64,000 nt of DNA, taken from Eledone cirrhosa (taxonomy: Eukaryota). Numbering within the stretch: position 1 is the stretch's first letter; each line of letters opens with the position of its first letter. Under the pieces are notes generated by a model that had not been told where the DNA came from, did not search any database, and saw nothing but the letters and a program-made list of their open reading frames with translations. This document shows, one piece after another, positions 25,198 through 38,340 of this stretch. The DNA lies in the NCBI GenBank assembly GCA_964016885.1, contig OZ024741.1, positions 293,694,001 to 293,758,000 of the forward strand. The letters run 5' to 3'. The translations under genes were made by a program, and so were the position numbers.

Positions 25198-28100
25198 TTC
25201 ATTTACAATTTATAATACACCAAAGAATAATTTTGCACCCTTTCATACCTGTATTGGATATGGGGGAGTGCACAGTGGGGCTGATTGTGTGTGTGGGGGG
25301 GGGGCCTCTCTTTTAACACTCATTGCCATATATCTAATGCGAAACGCTATCTACGATTTTCAAATAATTTTGAAAATAATCAAGAATTTGAAATCATTTA
25401 ATAATATAACTGAGTTTATCATTATTAAGTTGATATTTGGAACATAACAAATTTTCTTACTTAAAATTACGATGAAAGGATTTTAGATAGAAATAAACAC
25501 TTTAAAATACACAACTTTGTATCATAGAATGAGGAGCAGTGTCAGGTGGTTTAATATCAAAAGGGTTCATATACCTATACATCTTTAGTATGTAATATAG
25601 AATATCAACACACCTTGCCATTGTTGCCTACATAATCAGGCCAGGATTAACGAATTATGCAAAAAAAGATGAGGTTTAGTGTATTAAGGGAAGTGGGAAA
25701 CCATTCAATTCAAATTAATGGTATTTGTCATTCAAAATAACATTTTTTGGGTAATTTTATATATGGGAGACACCATAATCGTTTAACTTCGTAGCACCTC
25801 AAAAGGATTTAATCCAGCTCTTCATATAGTCCATAACAAGGTCATTCAGTAATAGAAAATCTGTCGAAAATTGGAACATATAAGCATAATGTAGTCCTAT
25901 GACTTATCTATGTGGGCAGTAAATCTTAATAAGAACTGACTCAGACCATAACAACTCATCCAACTTATGCCAATATGGAAAGCATTTGTAGAATGATGAT
26001 GGTTCCAGCGCACCACCCAAAGATATTCTAATATTCTAATCATAATGTATAAGATATAATTATTTTCATTGATATTCACATATTTTTTTACTTTCATTTC
26101 AACAAACACAATTTAATTCATGAAAAGCCTTTCTCTAAAGATTCTTTGTTTTGCATCTAAAATTCAAAATTACTGAATATCATCAAGAAGTTGTTTCATT
26201 TCAAAGATTTTTGTGTGGAAGTTTTAACAAATCTATTTTTGACAAATCTATTTAACAAATTCCAAACCCAAGAAATATTTCTCATGCTGTAATGCAAATA
26301 GCTCCATTTTAAATTGCTCCATTATTTCTACTGTGCAATTTTTCTGTTTGATAGTGCATATCTTTTGCATTTAGATGCAGCTCTCATTCATTTTTTTGTC
26401 TTCTCCATCAGCATCTATTTGGTATTGCATTTCTAATGTCATTTTGCACAATGTAAATTTCATTGCCTTACACATGTTTCTCATCATAATCTGCACACAC
26501 ACAAATGTTCTACCAACAGGCATACATATATCCATTCTGTGTTGTGACTTGATATATGTTCCTTAAATATAATCACTAAAACTACAATAGTTATATGTAT
26601 ATTTATATATATATATTTATATATGTCTAAAGATTAGAGAAGGATTAATCAGTGTTATATCTAATTAAAAACATCTATTTTTATATATGTTTTGATTGAT
26701 GCAGATAAAAATAGAATTAATTCAAAATTAACATTAAAACATTGGTGATGTAAAACACACTGATAATGCATCAATTATCTGCACTATCTCTTCAGGAATG
26801 ATAAAGATTGTTAAAACTAGTTTGTCAGTTTATATTGACAAATACCAAACTGACCACAGAAATGTAATAGAACCGCATATACTGAAAAGGCAAAAAAATT
26901 ATTCATATTGGCGTAAGTTATATTAATAATTTACAAAATATAAAATATGAGGTTACCAATTTAGTGTTAGTAAAAATATTAATAATCACCAATTCACCAT
27001 TGTCAAAGTGAAAGAAAAAATATGAGATAGAGCGCACCAGATGCAGACGGTGTAAATTTACTGTTTAAAAGATTTTCGTACGAAGATAGACTCACAAACG
27101 TTGAAGCCCTGAAAAGTTATTCAAGACATGCACAAGCATGTATAAATGCCTAAAGACAACATATGAAGTGCAGGAAATGGTAAAAACATAACAATAATGT
27201 AAGCAAAGCATTCAATACACAAGTGCACACATTAATATTTGTTCATATTCTTAAAGTATGGTCATGTTCAAATATATAAATATGTCTAAATGTACCTATT
27301 TAGAAAAATAGTATGTGTGTATATAAACATTTACAACTACCAATTCCTTGTCATTGAATTTCGTAATAAATGTGCTACATCCATAGTGTGAGTATATAGT
27401 GAGTACTGACATCAATAATGGTGACAATGCACAGTATTTGAACTTGCAAAGATCACACTGCACAGTATTTGAACTTGCAAAGATCTGCATCTTACTAAGA
27501 TAAAAACATAAATTCACTGAGTGTTCTCATTGGGAAGGGCATCCAACCATAGAATTCCACCTCGTCATGTCTTGTCTAAGCTATGCCAGCATGGGAAACA
27601 AGCATAAAAACGATGATGATCTCACACACGCACATACATGTACAAACACGCACAAACACACACACACACACATGCACACCTACACAAATACACACATACA
27701 TGCACACAAAAGCATACACTCAATTTTAATATTGTGACTGACTCACTTTGTTGTTATTTGATGTTATATATGGCTATTTATATGGTTTTCATTTGGAAGC
27801 AGTACAGCTAATCTGGAACTAAATAAAACGTCTTAAACATATAAATATAAATACCAATCAGCCTTGCAAACAATACTTTTTATGAATCCCTTAAGCTACT
27901 CTAGCTATGATGGATAAGCTGTGTGTTCTAAATATGTAGCAAACATACATTATAAGACGACATAGTTAGTGACAGTGAAAATCTCATATGAATGTGTACA
28001 GACACTCACAGCTATGCAAATATTTATGCACAGTATTATACATATACACACACACACATATATAGAAATACATACGTGTGTGTGTATATATGTATAAACA

Positions 28101-28351
28101 TATGTAGATGTGTGTGTATATATACGTGTGTGTGTATATATGTATAATATATATATGTGTGTGTATATATACGTGTGTGTGTATATATGTATAAACATAT
28201 GTACATGTGTGTGTATATACACGTGTGTGTGTATATATGTATAATATATATATATGTGTGTGTATATATACGTGTATGTGTATATATGTATAAACATATG
28301 TACATGTGTGTATATATACGTGTATGTGTATACATGTATAAACATATGTAC

Positions 28352-28395
<44 letters not shown>

Positions 28396-28424
28396 GTATA
28401 TGTGTTAATATATATATATATATG

Positions 28425-28475
<51 letters not shown>

Positions 28476-29185
28476 ATATACACATATATATATATATATG
28501 TGTGTGTGTTTGTGCGTGTGTGTGTGTGTAGAGAGAGAGAAATAGAGTCCTAGATTATTGAGACCAATGCTTTCAATAATGATATCAGTAATATCAACGA
28601 AAATAACTTCCAATTATATCACACAGAATGATATACAAAGTTTTTATCTCTATTTTTTTGTGTTTTCTCAGTGTTCAATAAATATATTAGATACATCATA
28701 AGATAACTGGAAATATCCCTACTCTCTTCTGAAGGACTCAATACATATATGTAGTCTACTATTATGTACAGATTTATCTTTTTGAAACTACTCTGCTCAT
28801 TAGTCTCTGAGATTGATAACCAAGCATTGCAGTCGTTTCTGATATATCATCATCATCATCATCATCATCATCATTTTACGTCCACTTTTCCCTGCTTGCA
28901 AGGGTGGGACAGGAACTGATTCTGGCTTGATTTCTACAGCTGGATGCCCTTCCTAACACCAACCTCATGTACAGTGAGGGCCGGGTGCTTTTTCCGTGGC
29001 ATCTCCACGACCACTTTGCAGTGGAATGATATGGACTCCAGTCCCTATCATCTCATTTCTACAGCTGAGTAAACTGGAGCAATGTGAAATAAAGTGTCTT
29101 GCTCAAGGAAACAACACATCACCCAGTCTGAGAATTGAACTCACAACCTTTCGATTAAAAGGCCAATGCTCTAAGACATGTGCCT

Positions 29186-29296
<111 letters not shown>

Positions 29297-29379
29297 AGTG
29301 TAGTTAATATGAACATTGTAACATATATAAATATATAGTAAAAGACCAATACATTTTTTAAGAGCCAGTACAATACTGT

Positions 29380-29892
29380 AGAAAAATACAAAGGGCAAAT
29401 GATAACAAATGAACCAAAACAAAACAGAGAAATATTTTACCCTGTGTATTTTAACATCATATTTCAGGGCTATGACCCTCTTTTCAGATGTGAAGTTAAA
29501 ACAGTCCAAACAAGTGATCAGCGTTTTCTTCCCTAAATAGTCTATTTGTTTGCAAAATGCAAGTGCATAGTAGCTACAGTAAACATTCTACCTCTTGCAT
29601 TTTTGACCTATTATTCATTTCTGGATTTATTTGGCTGTCACATCTATGACTCCTCAATGTCTTGGTAGTGAAGACAGGGTAATGTATGTATATATAAGCA
29701 TGCATTTGCAAAGACATAGACCATTTAAGGAAGAAAAGTCTGTTCATTCATTTGTTTTGTCTTGGACTGTTTTAACTCCACATCTGAACAGAGTGTAATA
29801 GCCCTGAAATATCATGCTAAAATACACTGGGTAAAATGTTATTTTGTTTTATTTTGTTTAATTTATCATCATTTGCCCTTTATATATTTTCT
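29380..29892. mobile_element. ~510-bp non-coding element with ~135-bp imperfect inverted arms, each with a decayed hammerhead-like motif
   Basis: 29380-29513 is the approximate reverse complement of 29757-29892. Motifs: ACAT CTGAAAA GAGGG TCATAG CCCT GAAA TATG ATGT (minus, 29454-29491) and CAT CTGAACA GAGTGTAATAGCCCT GAAA TATC ATG (plus, 29781-29816). Confidence 0.65.
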
Positions 29893-30184
29893 CCCTCATT
29901 TAAAAAGGGATGAAAGGTAAAGCTAAACTCAGTGAGATTTGAACTCAGAACGTAAAGGGATGTAATTATATACCACAAAGCATATTGTCTGACACTCTAC
30001 CGAAACTGCCAATCCATTGCTCTTAGGTTTTTAAATAAATACAAACAGGTTATATTAACAGCTTTGTATCATAGAGCCATTACTGGCTTCATGCAGTTGT
30101 TTTTTGGCTACTGTTTACGTATTAAACTATTCAGCTGGTTAGTCTTCAGGATTAGTAACGAAGCATTATACTTGTTTCTCATAT

Positions 30185-30730
30185 AAATATATAAGATTTC
30201 AGACAAATATATATATGTCCATACCATAACTCTAACAAAAAATTGATGTGTATTAATCCCCCTGCTGTCTTTAAAAACTTAGTTTCTAACATTAGTCATA
30301 GGATCTTTAACCTTTCATCGACTAGGGAGATTTTTGAAAAGAGTGCACCTTACTACAACCAAGCCTTCTTAGATAGGGTTTTAAGGACAAAATTATGTAA
30401 GCACCCAATCATTCCTAACCCAACAATACTAAAAATAATATTTGCATCTTGGTGTTATTTCCCTTTGTTTTATGGTGTTATCTTTTATAAAAATACATTC
30501 TTAGAAAAATTTACTTATAACGGTATCTTATCAACTCGTATTAGCACCTGAAGAAAGGTCACTTTTTTATACCTCTTCTATTCTGGAGGTATGGTGAAAT
30601 TTTGGCCTTGAAACCTTGGATAGTGCCTTTGTTCCATGTATGAACATAAATAAATGATATATGATATAATATTTCTGCTCTCTTCCCGATTGAGTATGGT
30701 TTTCTTTTTTCCCTCTACAGATATTGGTAC
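30185..30730 (+). mobile_element. Penelope-like remnant: RT thumb fragment joined to a pLTR
   Basis: NPPAVFKNLVSNISHRIFNLSSTREIFEKSAPYYNQA resembles the PLE post-RT segment (HPP.I.KN...I.RR...LSS..EIF......Y..AL); hammerhead motif downstream. Confidence 0.7.
30544..30626 (+). ncRNA. Hammerhead ribozyme motif with extended stem II
   Basis: GCAC CTGAAGA AAGGTCA [ATACCTC..GAGGTAT inner hairpin] TGGCCTT GAAA CCTTGG ATA GTGC; core intact, stem III imperfect. Confidence 0.65.
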
Positions 30731-30732
30731 AT

Positions 30733-30763
<31 letters not shown>

Positions 30764-30773
30764 CATATATATA

Positions 30774-32474
30774 CATCATCATCATCATCATCAACGTTTA
30801 ACGTCCGTGTTCCACGCTTGCATGGGTTTGGACGGGGGTTTTCCCACTTGAGGCAAGAGTGATTGGCTTGCTCGCATAGGACTGTCTGGCAGGTTTTCTA
30901 CAGTTGGATGCCCTTCCTAACACCGACCACATTTACAGTGTGGGTCTGGGAGGTTTTTACCGTGTTGCCTACACGGCCACATTACAGCGTGGACTGTGTG
31001 TTTTTTTGTCGTGACACCTACACGATCTCATTTGTTTCGGCCTGGATGGTGTGGCACCAACATAACTTTACATAGAAGGGGGCGGTGTGGATGGGGTGGG
31101 GGTGGTGGGATGGGGGTGTATTTTGTTAGAGATGCCTACTGACTGTAGTAGGTTTTACTATGTATTTAGGCAAGGCGGGTCTTCTCTATTACTGAGTACC
31201 GCCAAAGGTCTCGGTCCAGTGACATTGTCTTGGAGAGGTGTAAGTGTGTGAGGTCGGAGTTTATCAGCTCGTCCCAGGTTTTTCTAGGTCTGCCTATTCC
31301 GTGGCTACCGTCTATCTTTATTGCCCTGCACTTTGTTATACAGCTATCGACTTTCATGCGCATCACGTGTCCATACGTAGCCTTCTCTCGAGTAAACAAC
31401 ATCTGATCCCTCTTATTTCTAATTTTTTCCTTAGTTCGTTTATGCTTTGCTGCTCACGTATATTACTATTACACATCCAGCGGAGTATGCAAGCTTCGTT
31501 CCTCTCTAGTCTGCGTATATCCTCTGCACACAATGCCCAGGTCTCACTGCCATGCAACATTGCTGTTCGTATGCAGGCATCATACAACCTGCCTTTCATT
31601 TTTAGGGAGAACCCTTTAGCGGCTAATAGTGGTATAAGCTCTCTGAACTTTTTCCATCCAGTTCTGACTCTAGCTACTGTACTTTCAGAGCACCCTCCCC
31701 CACTGCTGATTTTGTCACCCAGGTAACGGAAGCTGTCCACTATTTCTATAGAGCCCTCTGAGCATTTGAAAGAGCTAGTATTTGTGGGCACTTGCTGCTA
31801 CTTATTGCACCAGAGCACCGGCCACATGTGAAATCTATGTTCTTAGTTAGCTTACCTGTGATCCCACTACATCTTTTATGCACCCATACTTTGCATTTCT
31901 GACACAAAATGGAGTTTCTACCTACGCCTTTCCTACACACTTAGCATGGCCACTTCCCGGAAGGGACCGCCGCCTTATTTTCTTTCCTACAAACTAGAAC
32001 TTTGGTCTTAGCCAGGTTAATTTTAAGGCCTTTTGATTCTAGGCCGTGCTTCCATGTTTGGAATTTCTTCTCTAGCTCGGCCATTGATTCAGCTATGAGT
32101 GTTAGGTCGTCTGCGTATAGGAGTTCCCATGGGCAGCTGGTCTTGAACTCCTCTGTTATAGCCTGAAGGGCAATAATAAATAGTAGGGGGCTGAGAACAG
32201 AGCCCTGATGGACGCCAACTTTTACGCTAAACTCTTCACTATATTCGTTGTTAATTCTAACCTTGCTGACTGTTTCTTTATACATGGCTTGTATAGCTCT
32301 CACAAGCCATTCATCGACACCTAGTTTTCTAAGAGCCCACCAGATAATGGAACGGGGGACTCTGTCGAAGGCTTTCTCCAAGTCGACAAAAGCTAAGTAA
32401 AGGGGTTTACTTTTAGCTAGGTACTTCTCCTGTAGTTGTCGTACAATGAAAAGAGCGTCTGTGGTACTTTTGCC
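30774..32474 (-). mobile_element. 5'-truncated RTE-clade LINE (subfamily B): RT, PHD-like finger, C-terminus, 3' UTR, (GAT)n
   Basis: GKSTTDALF, AFVDLEKAFDRVPR, VGVHQGSVLSPLLF, LLYADDL, GLKINLAKTKVL, PC*VCRKG..CQKC.WVHKRC..CGRC, VDSFRYLGD; one stop and two frameshifts. Confidence 0.93.
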
Positions 32475-32515
<41 letters not shown>

Positions 32516-32516
<1 letters not shown>

Positions 32517-33461
32517 ACAGCCACAGGAAAAAAGTACCACCAATCTCTGGGAGGGCCCTGTAGAAACAGTAGACAGCTTCTGCTACCTAGGTGACCGAAT
32601 TAGCAACGGAGGTGGGTGCTCAGAAAGTACAATAACTAGGGTAAGAACGGGATGGAAGAAGTTTAGGGAACTACTACCACTGCTAGCTGCAAAAGGCTTC
32701 TCCCTCAGAATGAAAGGCAGACTGTATGATGCGTGTATCCGAACAGCGATGTTGCATGGTAGTGAGACCTGGGCGCTGAAGGTGGAAGACTTACGTAGAT
32801 TAGAGAGAAACGAAGCCTGCATGCTCCGATGGATGTGTAACAGTAATATACGTGAACGACAAAGCATAAATGAATTGAGAGAGAGACTGAGCATAAGAGG
32901 AATCAAATGCTGCGTGCAGGAGAGGCGGTTACGCTGGTATGGACATGTGATGCGTATGAAGGATGACAGCTGCATAAAAAGGTGCAGAGCACTAGAAGTT
33001 GATGGAAACCGCGGAGTGGGGAGACCCAAGATGACTTGGGATGAGGTGATAAAAGCCGACCTTACCCAACTACACCTCTCAAAGTCAATGACACACGACC
33101 GTGACTTCTGGCGTCACGCAGTAATACAGGGTACCCGACCTCCCATGGGTACATGCTGAAGCATATAAACAATATGCCCCCCCCCCCCACCGCAAGGTGG
33201 TCGTGGAGGTGCCACGGCAAAAAAGCACCCAGCCCACACTGTAAAGTGGACGTGTAGGCGCCACGAAAAAGCACCCAGCACTCACTGTAAATGAGGTTGG
33301 TGTTAGGAAGGGCATCCAGCTGTAGAAATCAAGCCAGATCAGTTCCTGTATGAGCAAGGCATGGTCAGCCGACCAGACACTGCCCACAACAGGACAACCC
33401 GTCTAACCCATGCTAGCGTGGAAGAACGGACGTAAAACGGTGATGATGATGGTGATGATGA

Positions 33462-33465
<4 letters not shown>
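32516..33465 (+). mobile_element. 5'-truncated RTE-clade LINE (subfamily A), near-identical to 20696-21650
   Basis: Direct sequence identity to the 20441 copy apart from a few indels/substitutions; open C-terminal ORF 32710-33159. Confidence 0.93.
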
Positions 33466-33534
<69 letters not shown>

Positions 33535-35669
33535 AATTTAATTGAATTGGGAAAAATGTCTAATTTTCAACTTAATTTTCTTGTAGAAATCAATTTGAAA
33601 ACCCTGCTGTAGGTCTTCAAGTCAAGACATTAATTGCGATTGTCGCTATTTTTTTAATTATTTTTTTCATTTTCATTATCCATTTATTTATTTTGTTTGT
33701 TGCAGTGAGGATTTTATAAGTTCAGTTATTTTATACATTTTATATTAGAAATTCCAAGTGCATAATCCATTTTTAGAAACATTGCTGGACCAAATGATAT
33801 GATTTTAATTTTTTTTAATCTGAGGTTTTGACTGAGTGTATCTGATTTAGAATAGGTACACAGTATCCCTAATTATTGTAAGAAGTGACTAAAAGGGTTG
33901 GTGCTAGAAAGGGCACCCAAGTGTATTTTATTTAATTTAAATCAATCAACAAGATCCCTGACCTCATTTGCTTACTGAGTGGGGTGGAGCTTGGCAAATT
34001 GGACCAAGAAAACTGTTTCCATTGGTCTTTCCATTGCTGATACTATCTACTATTTGCAATTCCTTGCCTAAGGATCAATGTGAAATAAAGTGTTTTGCTG
34101 AAGGACATAACTTATCGCCTAGTCCAGGAATCAAACGTGCTACCTCACAATTGTGAATCCAATTCTCAAACCACAAAGCCACATCATCTTCACTAGATGT
34201 AAAATGTACTTAAAAAGAATTCCATATCTTGAGGCCTTCAAGGATAAAAACTATGATTTTGTAGAGAGAAATAGCCTTAAAACGCTTCTATTTTCTTTAT
34301 GCAGAGTTTTTTTAGGTCTGAATTTGTTTGTGAAGCATATGATATGAGCTTCATTTGTTGGTTTAAAAACTGGTGGTGGGGTTGTTGATTAGTCTGCAGA
34401 TAGTAAGGAGGTTATTAATTACAATGAAATGGAATGACCCTTCAACAGTTTCAACAATATGTGTTCTAATTGTTCAATCAACAGAAGAACCTACTCATGA
34501 AATTAATGTGTAAGTCACTGAGCATACCACAGACATGTGTACCCTTGACATAATATTTAGAGAGATCTAATGACAGAGTGAGCGACAAAGTTGACCTATT
34601 GAAATACGAGTACAGTTTCTGTCTACACAATTCCACTCGCATTTCTTGGGTTAACCTCTGGTGGCTGTAGTTGATGTCATGTAGGGGATCTGAACCTAGA
34701 ACTTAGGAATGTGAAACAGACTTCTTAACTATTCAGTCTGCATCCACAACAACTACATATACACATTTTATATCACACAAAGAACAATGATTTGAAAAGA
34801 AAAGAAATAAAAATCATGTTAATATGTTTACATAGATGGACTAACATCAACATTATCACTGATATTGTTTGACTTTGATTATCTTCATTATGATTTCATC
34901 AATATTAATGGATGTTTTCCGGAGCTGTGAAATAGTGGGGTAGTCGTAGTAGTAGTAATGTCTGTCTGGTATTATTCAGCCCGACACTGCTGCTTGTTGT
35001 AAATACTTGCTTTATTTTATTTATTTATATATATTTGTTGAGAAAGACTATAGAAGAGGAAATTAACTAGAGACAAAATTTCTGACATTTTGGTTGTTAC
35101 AGTATGATATGTTATATGTTAGGTTTTGTTTTGAAAAACATTATTTAAACTTTAGAAATATCATCAATGCTACAATTTTAACCATTCTATCTCAACAACA
35201 AAGGACAGTGGCATAAAACATAATGTATCAGCAAAGAAAACAGTAAACATCACCAATAATAATGGTTTCTGATTTAGGCACAAGGCCAACAATTTGTTTG
35301 GGGGAAAAATTGATAAAATCAACCCCAGTGCATTACTGGTGATTTATTTTAGGATGAAAGGCAATGCTAACCTCAGCGGGATTTAAACTCAGAGTATAAA
35401 GGGTTCTAAATCTATGCTGTAAAGTGTGTTGCCTGAATCTCTACCAATACTGCCAATCTACAGTAATAATGATTTCTAATTTAAGCACAAAACCAGCAGA
35501 TTTTGGTGAAGGACAAGGTGAATTAAATTAACTCCAGTACTTGTATTTATTTTATCAATCCCAGAGGGATGAAGGGCAAGGTGAACTTTAGTAGGATTTT
35601 GATTTAGAATTTAAACAACCAGAACAAATATCTAATACTCTACAGATTCTGTTAATCAATAATAAGTAA

Positions 35670-35830
35670 AGCTCACATAAGAGCAACAATGGAGTACTGC
35701 TCCCACATCTGTGATGGTTCCTCTGTTTTTACGCTACATCCTAAACTATATTTAGAGAAACTCCACTTGTCATAAATCTACTGACAGATACACTTCTAAC
35801 CTTTGAACCACAAACATTCTATTCACTCTT
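35670..35830 (+). pseudogene. Decayed CR1/L2/Jockey-type LINE C-terminal fragment
   Basis: Translation HIRATMEYCSHICDGSS resembles the conserved RP.MEYCS.IW motif. Confidence 0.45.
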
Positions 35831-36159
35831 TCTGAGCCCCTTCAGCCCTCCCCCCTTACTACACCTCATATCTAAGCAACAGCAGCTTTTCCAAGAGAAT
35901 CACTTACCCTCCAGATCACCGCTCTATATCTAGCATGAAAATATCTAGACATAAAGCTGTTGTGTGGTTCACACCACCATTTGTGCTCAATGTAATGACC
36001 AGTGTAAGTTGAGAATTCCTAGCCATCCCACATTTTCACTTCCCTGAGGGCCATATATACTGACAAATATTCAACTGCCATACAGGGAAAGTAGGCTACT
36101 CTTGTACCAGTAATGTTAAAACCCACATTACTAACAAATGCAAAAGCCTTCCACCTTCC

Positions 36160-37150
36160 GGATACTCATGCAGAAAGCCAGAGGCATGCCCCCTGGATCA
36201 AAATTGCAACACTCCAGCAGTGATATATGAAGCAGAAGTGACCTCCTCCAATCAGAACCACCAAACTGAAGCTTGGACTTAGGTAAGAATGTCTGAGAGC
36301 CTTTTCAAAGGCCGTTTCCTGAACCACAAAACAACCTTCAGCCACCCTGACTAAAAACATACCACTCATCTCGCAAATCATAAGTGGAACCTCTAAAGTA
36401 ACGGCACAGCATTATTCATTAACCCTTTAGCATTTATATTACTCTATATTTGCTATTGTATTTTTGTGGTAAAGGCTTTATGTTCCATAATTATCTCACA
36501 TAATATCAAATCTATGAGATTTTGATGTTATTAATTTTGAGAACAATACTTTAACGTCAGTATGAGCAGCCAGTTACGGCCAATTTGAACAGAAAGAGGT
36601 AAAAAATTCTGGTCGGATATGGCCAGTTTAAATGCTAAAGGGTTAAATGTAGGATACTGGAAAAATCCACCTCTATGTCAATGGGATGAAATTGTGCCAG
36701 CTGTGCAACTGTGAAAAGTGGAATATACTCTCACAACTGGCTTCAGAGAAATGCTGCTTAAATACTCGCCTCAACTCCTTCCGTCGCTTTCCTCATGAAG
36801 CAAAATTTGTTCTGAAAATGACCAAATTAAATTAACTTTTCAGCTTAACGTTTGGGATCCCTGTATAACACAAGTTGCCTACCTTGGTTTTTTTTTTTTT
36901 GCTACATCCCTTTTCAAGTGATTTATCTATTTATAGGAATTTCAGGATTACCTACCCTTAGACGTCTCCTATACTGCCTAATAGTGGGAAAACACTTTTA
37001 TTTATATGACGGCTAAATGAGTTGGGGTAAATAATCCAATGAAACCTAAGTAGCTGTACATCTCACTGTTGTAACTAATTATACTTAACTCATCCTATGG
37101 ACTGAGTGCTCTAAACCTTGGATATTTACACCTAATTTGTACTTCAGTAT
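36160..37150 (+). mobile_element. Decayed Penelope-like element 3' end: GIY-YIG domain + pLTR with degenerate hammerhead (37009-37057)
   Basis: SCRKPEACPLDQNCNTPAVIYEAEV...FKGRFLNHKTTFSH...HLANHKWNL...IKCRILEK...CQLCNCEKWNIL...LNTR. Downstream: ACGGC TAAATGA GTTGG..CCAAT GAAA CCTAAG TA GCTGT. Confidence 0.8.
36423..36642. mobile_element. piggyBac-type MITE (220 bp)
   Basis: Perfect 13-bp TIR CCCTTTAGCATTT/AAATGCTAAAGGG with TTAA on both sides; excision restores the Penelope reading frame (LFIKCRILEK). Confidence 0.85.
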
Positions 37151-37315
37151 ATATATATATTAATTTATTTACTTATTTATTTATATTTCTCTTTTCTTTT
37201 ATAGGTAAGTGAAGATTCCAGTGATGGAAAATTCTTTAAAAAATAAGTTGAAGCAAAGAATAGATACACATGTTTATAAGTATGTATATATGAGTGTGTG
37301 TGTGTATGTATAAAA

Positions 37316-37366
<51 letters not shown>

Positions 37367-37560
37367 TCTGTGTGTGAGTGTGCACAAACATACACACATG
37401 CTCATGCAAACCTTCATACACACATATACAAACAGAAGTGATTGCTTGTTCCAAAACCGTAAGTAAAATATATACATAAGCATGTGTATTCATATTTTTT
37501 CTTTTTCTCAAAATAACTCTTTTTTCCTACAATTTTTACTTGAAAAGCTGTCATTTTAGT

Positions 37561-37605
<45 letters not shown>

Positions 37606-37782
37606 GTATATATATACATATGTATCTACATATATACGTATGTAATAAATTAGACAATTATAAAAGTTGTGTTCAAATCATTTATAATATATACATAACT
37701 ATAAATTGTATTATTATTATATGTATGTATGTATGTATATATATCGTTATGTATATATGTATATATGTAATATATATGTATG

Positions 37783-37861
<79 letters not shown>

Positions 37862-38078
37862 ATATATATATATATATATACATATATATAAGTATGTATA
37901 TATGTATGGATGCATATATGTATATATATATATATATATATTAGAAAGTGAGGTTTTTTTTACAAAATGAAAAATAACCGAGGTGTCCTACACGAGTGGA
38001 AGTATAAAGAAAAAGGGATGAAATCGAAAATGCAACTGAAGTCTTATTTTTTTAAAAAATATATATATTTATTTGGTT

Positions 38079-38116
38079 CCTTTACCGGTTTCGCAGTTCT
38101 TCTGCTTTTCAAAAGG
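38079..38116 (-). ncRNA. Minimal type I hammerhead, U3-A8 variant
   Basis: CCTT TTGAAAA GCAG AAGAA CTGC GAAA CCGG TA AAGG: stems I and II perfect, palindromic ACCGGT stem III, GUA triplet. Confidence 0.7.
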
Positions 38117-38190
38117 TGAGTTGAGATGGAGGGTCTGTGGTTTTTCTCACATCTGTGTGAGAAAAACCACAGACCCTCCATCTCAACTCA

Positions 38191-38228
38191 CCTTTTGAAA
38201 AGCAGAAGAACTGCGAAACTGGTAAAGG
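38191..38228 (+). ncRNA. Minimal type I hammerhead, U3-A8 variant (mirror copy)
   Basis: CCTT TTGAAAA GCAG AAGAA CTGC GAAA CTGG TA AAGG. Confidence 0.65.
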
Positions 38229-38297
38229 AACCAAATAAATATATATATTTTTAAAAAAAATAAGACTTCAGTTGCATTTTCGATTTCATCCCTTTTT

Positions 38298-38340
<43 letters not shown>

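Larger units (their letters stand above)
38003..38304. repeat. Near-perfect palindrome, 149-bp arms, 4-nt loop
   Basis: 38003-38151 is the reverse complement of 38156-38304 with one mismatch seen (CCGG vs CTGG). Confidence 0.95.

Noticed and set aside
25637-25822. Possible old hAT MITE (CAGGCCAGGATTAA...TTAATCCAGCTCTT); similar lone end at ~63580
   Set aside because: TSD only 5/8 matching and TIRs degenerate; not enough support.
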